From Polymyxa betae A26-41 (Eukaryota; Protista; Endomyxa: Phytomyxea): a DNA stretch of 32,889 nucleotides. Location of the stretch: assembly GCA_003693705.1 (NCBI GenBank), contig RBZT01000746.1, positions 1-32,889 of the forward strand, given 5' to 3'. A program made the translations under genes and the position numbers. This document shows positions 10,121 through 20,607 of the stretch, piece after piece; position 1 is the stretch's first letter, and each line of letters starts with the position of its first letter. A model generated the notes under the pieces. That model was not told the origin of the DNA, did not search any database, and worked only from the letters and a program-made list of their open reading frames with translations.

Positions 10121-13100
10121 TCACTCCTATAACTGTTCGCGAGCCGTTGGATCGAAGGGAGGGTGTCTTGACGCCCTCCCTGGTAGGATCCAGGAGAGTG
10201 GCGACGACCAAGACGGAGACGCAGATGGGCCAGGGCTGCCAGCGGGCAGCCGATAAGGTAACTACTCTCCCTACCAGCAGCTCAGGGAGTCCCCGCGATG
10301 ACGCCAGCCGGTCGAGGGAGATGGGCTTGACCCAGACCCCGACTATAGCGGCTTTACGCTGGGCCAGCCGGACTGATATCCGTGCTGGTTACCCGAATCT
10401 CACAGGTCCGAGTTCTGCAAAGGGGCTCAGACAGGAGAAGCAATCTAAAGGGATCTATGATCGTTCAATCTGAAAAATACAATCACCATCGGGCTAGTCT
10501 CGATCAATCTTTACACCGGTCATCGACTGGACAGAAAACCAATGAATATAAATATCAAACACCCCATTTTCCTATCTCTCATAGCCAAACCCATTTTATT
10601 ACAGACCACATCCAGTTAGCAACTACCTCACCCGATCCCATTCACAGAAAAAACGCAGGCATAACACCCAGAATTCAACCGTATCAATATAAATACCAGA
10701 ATACAACTCAAATATACCAATCTCGATCAAAACCACACCAACATACACGTCCAGACCATCGATACCAAAATCCAGCCATCCACTCGACAGCTATTAACAC
10801 CTCGAAAGGCCAGCACAACTTGACGTCACTCCACTGGAAAAGGCGCAGCCTGCAGCAATTCAGGCGATACGTTTTGACCTGCATAAAGCAGCCAGTCTGG
10901 GCCCAGTCCGCCGAAATGACCAACAATAAACTGACACTTTGGATACTTAACTCAATGGGAGAATCTGCGACTTGAAGAAGCAAAAGATAGAATTTACAGA
11001 CTACCACCCCCAGGAAATGGAACCTATAGGCAGATGCCAATTACGGCATTCATGAACAATCTCTCTCAACGCCCAGAGCCAAATATCGAATACAGCAGGC
11101 GCCACAAAGAAACACGACGTAATCTCCATCCTACAGTGGAACGCACAAACCCTATCACAAGAAAACGCTGTCGAGTAAGCCCACCTTGCTTACAAAAGGT
11201 CAATCAATATACTCTGCATTTCTGAATGCGGTCATCGCCGACATACAGTGCAATATTTTGCAGAACTGGACTGGAATACGAGTTGAAGACATTACTCCAA
11301 CTCTGCGAATTAAAATACCCAGAATACAAATTCAATGCATCGAAATCGAAGAAGACGCTGCATTGATTTATCTATATGCCTCCACCAGATGTCCGTCACG
11401 GCACTCGTAAACAGGTTTGGGAACATGATACAGGAACGCATCATAACCAGTCAACTAAAACAAAAAAACAATCATCACCGGCGATTTTAAATACCCTAGA
11501 TAAACGATTCGGGGCAAATCATAAGGAGCACCACACATACCTCAATAGTGTTCTATACCCCATGGGATCACTGCGAATTATTAGTAGCAGGCTAAAACAG
11601 ACACGCGAAGCTTACACACTTGACGTTACATTAGGAACGAAAAAAGCGAAGACAGCAATTGAAAACTGGAAAGTCCTCAACACGTTATCCAGCGACCACA
11701 TACCGACAACATTCATCCTAAATATATAATTTCACGGCAACGTCCACGAGCTAGCAAAAGCAGATTTTAAACATCAGTCATAAAAAGAGCACTCACAAAA
11801 ACTAGCAGAAGGAGGTTGCTCAGCTAGACCCAAATTATATCTGCCTAGACAAAATCAGCTCAGCTCTTAGCAATGCCATTACATATAAAAAATTAAACAC
11901 AAACCAATACAGTTCTGGAATAAGGAGCCGTCGAAAGCCAAAAACGAAAGAAATACAGCGAGACGCTCCATCATTCAAGCACGTAAAAATGGGCAGAATC
12001 TGATCCGACGTGTAATCAAAACAAACCTAAAAAACGAGCTTTTCAAAGACTTTCGCAAAAGCCAAACTTGCACACCTACAACATCTGTAGAATCTGCGCC
12101 TGGACTTCACAGCAACTAACTGACCAAAAAAGTACAATAACAGCTCCACAGCTGTTAGTCGAGGGCCTACTTTAAGCAGTATTCCACAAACAAAGCCTAA
12201 AAGAGGCATCTAAGGACCGAACAGGAGCAGCTCTCTATAAGCTAATCCGACAATTAAATCCAACCACAGCTCAACAAAAACAGCCAGAAAGATTATCCCA
12301 GCAAAATGACACTAGAAGACGATACAGAACAAATTGCAGACACATTTGCAACAATCTTCAAATCAGCAAGGCACTCACCCCTGCGGAAGGGAGCTGGCAG
12401 AACTGCAGCATACGCTAGATGAAATTCGACAGAGCATCCTGACAACCGAAGATTTAGTCATCACAGAGCGCGAACTGAAACAGGCGCTCAAGGCAGCCAA
12501 CAACCGGTCTGCCCCAGGGCCAGACAAAATATCTAATAAGATTCTGACATCAGCGAGCGAAAACACGATTTTTTCATCTTTTATTATGTGCTATGAATAA
12601 CCATATACAATCTGGGGAATAACCACCTAAGCTCAAAACAGCCAGAATTGTTGCACTTCCGAAAGACAAGCCAGGTGATTTTCGGCCAATTAGTCTCTCC
12701 TCAAACATCTCTAAAATTACAGAATTCATAATCCAACATCGAATCAGGCTTTCCATTCAAAATATACTCCCACCTAATCAATTCGGCTGCCGTCCTGGGC
12801 ACTCCACAGCTCAAGCCTTGATGAGGCTCATGCGTTCCTGCGGAACCAGTGCATTCAACAATCAATTCGGATGCATCTTGTACGATGTTACAAAGGCCTA
12901 TGATAGGGTCCCGAGACATATCCTCAAAAAAATGGTTGAGCTGGAAATCCACCCGCAGCTCACAATGCTCACATACAACTGGCTACAGGACCGCCAATTT
13001 ACAGTTACACATAAAGGATGCACTATTAGACTGCGACAGCAATGTAACGGTATCCCACAGGGATCCAGTCTCAGCGTATTACTCTGGCTACTTTTCGTAT

Positions 13101-14694
13101 ATGCTCGATCCTAATACATTCAACATTTACGTTGATGACACCGTCGGTTGGTCCATCTCGCAAAATAAAGATGCAGTAGTGAAAGAGCTGACGGAACAAC
13201 ATGAGACCATGGAAATCTGGTGCCAGAAAAACAAAATCAAAATCAATACTGATAAGACATATGTTCTGTTTAACGAAAGCTGTCCAAATGATAAAATAGT
13301 CACGAATTATTCAACTGTATCTAGAAGGTCGCAGTAAATGTACCTTCCATCTTGATGACAGACAATCCGCCCTTGAAAAACACGAGATGGGGACGCTCAT
13401 AGTAAATTCTCCATGTATATCCATTTGGACAGATGGCAGTGTTCTACAAGATGAAACAAAAGTTTTAGCTGGCTCAGCAGCCTTCGTCAAATGGGGTCTT
13501 CCCCCTGAATTCATACTCAATGAAGATATACTAGACAACCCATCATATGAAATAACTCACACAGTCGACGACACCACAAATGAAATCCGATCTGAGATTA
13601 CAATCAAAGAATACAGACAGCTGACAACAATCACTTCCAGCTATTGAGCTGAACTATTTGCTATTCAGATAGGACTTCATAACGCCGTAGACCTGAATCC
13701 TCAGAATCAATCTATACATCTCTATACAGATTCACTGTCATGTATGCAACAGCTTGCTACGTTACCATATAAACCTCGATATGTCAATCAATGATACAGT
13801 GGCAGATTGTGCTGATCAACTAGCGATATTAACAGCCAATAATCTAGTAGAAATCCATTTTGTACCAAGTGATACTAAACCACCTATTCCAGAAAACGAT
13901 AAAATAGACAAACTGGCAAAGACTGCTCTGAGAGTGGTGAACCATTAGACCATGACCCATTTGTTGGTTCTTACAGAATATTCCTCCACAGAGTTTGGAC
14001 ACACCTTCAGGTTTATCTGGAAAAAGCAATTAGATCGAGTCACTGTACGGGATACCCCTGCAGAGACCCCTTCATATACAGTCGATATCCCATGAAACGT
14101 GGGAGACACACCATACATATCAGAGTATATCACGACCACCCACAGCTTAACAGAGCCCGATCCAAGACATACTCGGTGTAGGGATCATCACCATTAGATG
14201 CGAATTGAACAAGAAAACACATGTCGATATTGTAATCAATATAACGAGACACTGGAGCATCTCCTCCTGAAATGTTCTTATTTTGAGACAGCATTATCAC
14301 GCCACAGGCGTAAATACAGTTCCCAGAGGATAACTAACTTTAATACAGCCCTATGGCAACAGCCCAAACTCATGAGACAGATGTTTCAGAAAGCATACAA
14401 ATATGGATGTCCAATATACATACAACATGTGATAGAAGCCGGGAGACCAGCATGAGATCGAGTCAATGTTTGGGTACAGGGTTCAACTCCCTGTAGGGTT
14501 GGGCCAACAGGTCGCTGCCCATCATTGATCGGTCTCTAAGCCCTCCGTTGGGCTGAAATTCGCTTTTGCCTCTCAAGGGTGTAGGCCTCCGAATGTTTAT
14601 TGTAGGAGAGCACGGATTTTCGGGTCCGTGCCCCGCACTAGGGTTAAAGTGCCGTCCACCTTGCCGAAAGGCGCAATAACTAGTACAATCCAAT
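10121..14694 (+). mobile_element. Non-LTR retrotransposon (LINE) with both ends intact; APE-RT-RNase H-CCHC type (I/Tad1/ingi-like architecture); inactivated
   Basis: APE motifs ILQWNAQ, IITGDF, TLDVTL, SSDHIP. RT motifs SAPGPDKI, FRPISL, QFGCRPGHST, YDVTKAYDRV, GIPQGSSLS, YVDD, KINTDKT. RNase H motifs IWTDGS, AELFAI, LYTDSLS, HFVPS...ENDKIDKLAK. Knuckle CRYC...ETLEHLLLKC. Ends in a (CCAAT)n tail and is flanked by a 14-bp TSD. Confidence 0.93.
11128..14455 (+). pseudogene. LINE ORF2 (endonuclease, reverse transcriptase, RNase H, zinc knuckle) fragmented by stops and frameshifts
   Basis: Motifs occur in the correct order but are spread over many short ORFs in all three plus frames. Confidence 0.9.
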
Positions 14695-14708
14695 CCAATG
14701 GCAGCAGG
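14695..14708 (+). repeat. Right target-site duplication of the LINE
   Basis: CCAATGGCAGCAGG, whose first 5 nt continue the CAATCCAATCCAAT tail. Confidence 0.85.
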
Positions 14709-14760
14709 GCGTACTGGCCCACCGATCTGTACTGCCACCATGTAGCGATCCGAATGCTGA
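14695..14760 (-). pseudogene. Kinase-family paralog D, start of exon 3 (the other side of the LINE insertion)
   Basis: Minus strand reads SDRYMVAVQI / WASTP. Joined across the TSD it continues GDQGALF / RLLRRT, matching A SDRYREYVFVAVQLWASSP...ECALFLRLLHHT and C RDQGGLL. Confidence 0.75.
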
Positions 14761-14914
14761 GAATGTTGTCATAGAGCGGAAGCAGCTACGTTTTCAGTGC
14801 TGAAAATTGTTTGAAAAAAGAGAAGAATGCCGAATGTTTTATTGGTTGAAAACATGATGTGCGGAGTGATGCTACAAGGCATCAAAGGAAGAGCTCGACC
14901 TCACATAATAACGT

Positions 14915-17900
14915 TCAAGAGCGGACTCGGAATGTATCGATAAGCAGATACATAGCCAGGACTATAACGAAAGACCCGCCTACAATACTACAAATGATGA
15001 TCACAAGTTTAATGGAGACGCATGAAGACCCTGAAGTTGCCATTTCAGAAAAACGAAAGTCGTGAGCTGATCATGTTAAGGCGCTTTCATCAAATATTTA
15101 AAGAACGAAAACAGAAACTCCAAAGACGAACATAAAAAATCGGAAAAAAAGTACAAGTTCCGACCTTGCTTGCGCTGATTATCAGAATTGCTTCGCTTCG
15201 TCCCTTCTGTATCAATCTCGTTTCTATCGATCGTGACAATCACATCTTTCGAATCGGTTTCGCAATTCGATGTGGCAGCCATCTCCACGTCTTCCTCTTT
15301 GCCGGAGAGCACCGAAGCATCATGGTCCTCTTGATCCGAGTCGAACGCATCGCCAACAGCGTCTTTCGTTTCCTTCTCGATTTTGTTACTATTTAACTGG
15401 TTCTTGATACTTTCCAGCCCGATTTCGTCGCTAAGCTTGCTCTTAATATTCTCCCGATCTTCATGATTAACAGCCTCTTCCATGTCCTGTTTCACCTCGG
15501 GCTTCATCTCATTCATTAATTGACTTTTCACATTTTCTATCAATTCCGCCTTCAAATCGTCCGCTATTTCAAGTCGGATTTCGGACTTCATCTCCTGAAA
15601 CAACTCCTCCCGAAATTGAATCTGGATTTCCTCCTTCAATTCCGCCTTAACATTCTGTAACAATTCCTGTCTGATTTCCGAATCCAGCACAGCCTTGAGC
15701 TCATTCATTAACTGCGTCTTCATCTCGTTCTTCAATTCCGTCTTCAGACTCTCTTCTATCTTCTGTCTCATCTGCGACATCAACTCAGCTTCCAAATCGC
15801 TCTCAGATTCCGACAATTGCTCCAAATCGCTCCCAGATCCGGATCTCCTTTGATTGATAATGTCATCTTCAATATCACTATTACTGTCCAGATCTTGATC
15901 ATGTAACAAATGCGGGAAATCCAGATATCTCTCGGACCAACGTCCAGTAAGAGGTAGATCACGGACACTGTCAAATATGGGATCCAGTAGAAGGACGGAG
16001 CAGTTCCAGGTACAGGACGGCCACGCCTTCAGCGAGATCTCGTACTGGCCCAGCAGGCCCGGGGCCTTTTCGAACCACGCAACTCCGAGTCGCTGCTTGA
16101 CCACGTCCAGCAGCGTCACCAATCGCGCATACAGTTCGTAGAGGTCGTGGTTACAGACGACCGGATTGCGGGACGGATCCGGACGACCCGCGTACCCGAA
16201 ATCCAGTACGACCAGGCTGACGTTACCATCATCGGTCGCATCGATCATAACTGATTCAATAAAAGTCAGATTTCGCGCATATGGAGCCGAACGTCGGGGG
16301 TCGTACAGTTATTTAAGTGTTGAATATCTCCGTGGGACCAGCCGATCTGATGCAGATGGTGCAGTACGGACAGGATCTGATAGGTGATAGAGACCAGTTG
16401 CTGGGCGGCCTCCGCCGGGTCCGCCGGCACGGACCAGTTCTGAACCGTCTGGCCCTGAACCAGCTCCATGATCATGTAGATATCGGGGCCGTACTGGACC
16501 AGGTCGAGGAGCTGGACGAGACCCGGAATCTGTCCCGAATGACAGAACTGCGACATAAACTCGACCTCACGCTGTGTATCCTCTTGAGCGGCCTCCATCA
16601 CTTTGATAGCAACTTCATGCGTCCCCGGACCACGTAAACATCGACCTTTATAGACAGATCCGTAGGATCCTTCACCTGTTAAGAACTCCGTTCAGAAACG
16701 AGAATTGTTGAAAACTTGAAATCTGCAAATATGAAATGCGGATAGTTTAAGATGTTAAATTCTGTGAATGAAACAGCTTAACAATGCTGCCCGTACCTAA
16801 TCGATCTAATAATTGATATTCTTGTGATAAATCTGATACAAGACGGATTGGCATCATCTTATAGGTCTCGGACACCGGAGCAGTGTTATCGTTACAAAGC
16901 TGCGTGGCTTTGCTGGGAATCAGTTCATATACGAGCTGATACAAGTCCGGATTAAGCGGCTTAATTTTATCTTCCAGATAGTGATGGAAACGCTCGGACA
17001 TGGATAATGTTACCAAGGCTGCGCGTAGCTCCTGTTTGCCAAAATCCCGCAGTGTACTGTGTAATTGAGGATGATTCTCCTCCAACATGGTCCGCAACGT
17101 TAGACTCAGGAGTAACGAAACCCAAGGCCGCCAACGTGCGTTATCACGGACTTTGGAGCACAACCGCAGTGCACGACTCACGACGTATTGTTCAAATTCG
17201 GGGTCGCACATGGATTTGAGGTCTTTGGTCGATTTCTGAATCCTGACACAAGTTATCGAAGGTAGGGTTAGGGTTTAGGGGGTTATTACACTTGAGACAC
17301 CTCATAAATGAGTCGATATCTATCCTTTCCACGAAATTCAGCGGCTAGATCGAAGGAGATTCTCTCATCATGTGATAAATGGAAATCCAATAGATTATGG
17401 AAAATTCTCCGACGAAATCGATCGGATCGATTTTCACACAGACTATAACAGCAACAACGATCAGCAAACCGAACATAAAGGCGCTCGACAAAAAAGAAGC
17501 CGCAAAACGATACGGACATGTTTCTGGCGAATCGAATAATGGCCCTGGTTGACGCCTGCTGAGATGAGAACATAAAGCGGACAACTGGCCCGAATCGCTG
17601 ATGTAGATCAGGCTGGTCGTACAACGCACATAAATTCCAGATCCCATTCAGATCATGTTCATCGAGTTGATAATTGAAGACGCCGCGCCTAGCGAAAGTC
17701 CGAATTTAGAGCGAAAAACGAGTTCGCATCGACGGAATCGGGTTACCAGTGTGTTAATAAGCGATCGGCATCGATATGGGTGAAATAGCGGCGAATTTGA
17801 TCATCGGTGAAAGTGGGAGGAATCTTGCGGAAAGGGGTGAGCGTATTCTCGGTCTTGTATCGGGTCTCATCCGCCCGACCTCGGATTAGGGCCTCGAAGC

Positions 17901-18792
17901 CACTGGTGTCCCCCCGACGATTATTGAACTCTTGGAAGATGAACGTCCAGATATGGGGCGGTAAGCGATCAATACTGGCCCGTCGGGCTCGGTCCACCAC
18001 GTTGTCCGGACTTCTCTTTACTATATCATTGGCAATATCACTATTCAGCTCGTCTTTCTCAGTACTATGACACAGTCAGCTGTAATACATAAAACCCTAG
18101 CAAAAATAATCCAAAAAAATTTCCACAACATTATGGGAATGTTCGGAAAGAAATCTGTTCGAACCTGAAAGTGAAATAAAGTTCAAGGGCGGTGAGATTC
18201 CCGGAATCCGTCACGGAAAAGGCATCGGCCGACATGGATCGGACTATAATTTGTAGTAGGCGCGTCTTCCCATCAAAATAACATCGTGTATGATGTAACA
18301 GACGCAGGAACAGCGCACATTCATGACGCATTTCACGGGGCGAACTGGCCCACAGCTGGACCGCCACGAACACGTATTCTCTATACCGATCTGACGACAC
18401 CCTGCCATTGAGCCATTCAATATGATAGGTAGCGTGTTGGCTGCGACCGTACCGGCCCTCGTCCAGCAGGTATGTGAGCGTGGCCTTCTGTAAATCATGC
18501 AGCATCACGTGGTCGCAGAGCTCGCTGAATTTGGCGGCAAACGTGTCATTGGGCCATGTTGGCCCATCGGATTGCTCCGATGGACGGAGCCGGGAGCTCG
18601 TTCTATACGCAATGAGAATGACGAAAGCGGGTGGCCGGAAAGTGGATAACGTTACATTTCCGAGATGCGGCGGAGTGCGTCCGCGAACTGCTCCTGCTCA
18701 TGATGATGGGACGGGTCGGCGGCGGGGTCGGCGCCGGGCTGGTCCCGGGCCAGTACGACGACGATCAGAGCACAGACGAGATGGGCGAGCAT
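14915..18792 (-). CDS. Paralog A: signal peptide, unknown N-domain, minimal kinase, long stalk, C-terminal TM (10 exons, ~1060 aa)
   Basis: Exons 18792-18656, 18602-18453, 18401-18165, 18064-17747, 17688-17518, 17442-17290, 17242-16797, 16675-16307, 16250-15165, 15030-14915; all introns GT-AG, total 3183 nt in frame. Motifs MLAHLVCALIVVVLA; LGEGSYG, VAIK, REVE, HGDIQHLNNFM, DFG; TM LVIIICSIVGGSFVIVLAMYLLI. Confidence 0.88.
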
Positions 18793-19400
18793 CGGGACCC
18801 CTTTTCCGAGTGGTTGCCGGAGAGGCCGCCGAATCGACCGTTAGGGAATGGACGAATCCAAATATAGACACTGGCGTCCGTGGCGGACTGCGCTCGGGCA
18901 AATATACCATTTTCTGTGGGAGAGTTAAGGGGGGGAGGTTGCCAATCAATCTCAATTTTCATTGAATAGTTGATCGAATCACTCATGAATAATAAATTTA
19001 TAAATATCACCGCTCTATATTGTAACAAACATCCTATTGGATCTTGAAGATTTCTCAAATACAAAATGCTGTATCATCTTTCAGTTCTGCTCTACTGTTC
19101 ACAAATCCATATTATTTCAAAGAGCAACGTTTATGATTCATATTCCTACACCTAAAAGTAATCGAGTTTGGCCACGCATCGCTCGATATTGATTCAAATA
19201 ATGCAGGCTTTGAAAGTTGCCCTCAAAATATCGGATTCAGGAAACTGTATGGATCGGATTATACCTCCATTTGCTTATCTGTCACAATATCGTGTGGTTG
19301 TTTCTTCAGTTCATGGCCTGATTCTGAAAAATCGGCTTCATAGCGACAGTGCGTGAATGTAATCAGAGGTCGTGTTTGAGGAGGAAGTCGTCGGCGGTGG

Positions 19401-19502
19401 TCATCCCCTAGGTAGGCACAGACTCACAGGCACTTCGGGCCCGGTCTGATGAGCTCTGACGATTAAAGCCAGGTGAGAGCGTCCCTGTCCCCATCATCCC
19501 CT
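19401..19502 (+). other. 84-nt segment between 9-bp direct repeats, containing half of a hammerhead ribozyme core
   Basis: TCATCCCCT occurs at 19401-19409 and 19494-19502. CTGATGA (19446-19452) is followed by a GCTCT/AGAGC stem and then G, but GAAA is missing. Confidence 0.35.
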
Positions 19503-20607
19503 TCGATGTCGGTTGAGCCCGACGGCTCCCTACAAAACCAAAACCCTAACTCGCAGTCATTCTTCACACCACAGGACACAGTCACGCAACAACCACAATT
19601 AGCATGTAGTAAAATCATGACAAACCACATGTTACACTATACTGAGCCATAAAAGAATGATTGTAGACAGCATCCAACATCATCACTTAATTAGAATTAT
19701 GTTTTGTAAGAATGTATTAATAATAGAGCCCATTTGGGAAAGCCCCCGTTTTGAAGAAAGCGAAGCAAGGATTTACAGGCGGCTACCACCAGGAAACGGA
19801 CGCCCTGTTCGGAGAAATATCACCGAATTTATTTAGAAGACTAGATATGAATGATAACATGAACACTGACCAAAACACTTCCAACGATGTCGAAGCTTAA
19901 AATTGTGAACTCTTCCAGAATGAATACAAGCACCTCAAAATAACAGCGCACATTCACTCAAACTTTAACGAATGGAATGTATGAGACACAACCAGCATGA
20001 AGGCCAGAGTGAGGGCATAGCCTAGAACTCGGATCCATGCATGGCTGGGTCTCTCTCAACCCTCTCGGTTGGTGCCGATGGGGCTGTCAGAGAGAGGTCG
20101 CCTCGAATTCAGGGTTTCGGCCCTGGCCCATTCGGCCGGCTCCGCCTCTATTCACCAGCTGTCTCCAAGCGTAGCTGTCCGTCGTCGACGACCTCACAGC
20201 ACCATTCCTCGTAGCACTACGCAGTTTCCGCAGATCTTTATGATATTGCAATTCAAGCCATCAAGTTTTTTCTCTTTTCAATAAGCAATTTAGCTTTTCT
20301 TAATCAAAATAGTTTATCATATGTGAACCGCAGCGCCATCGACATTGCTTCCATGTTGACAACTGTATAAAATGACAGACTGAAGCCAGATCAGAAAACA
20401 GCAGCAAAGTAAACTTCGAAAGATGCCAATAAACGAAAGTCCTGAAGAAGGGTCACAATGTGGCAAACGCGCACATATGCAGCCTCTGTGTGGCATTGTT
20501 ACAATGATCAAAATTTGGTGTTTATTGGTGCTGAATATTTCATTGCGTTGCCAATTTAACACAAAACATGGAATTTAACAGAGAACAGCAGACAATGCCG
20601 GTGAAGG

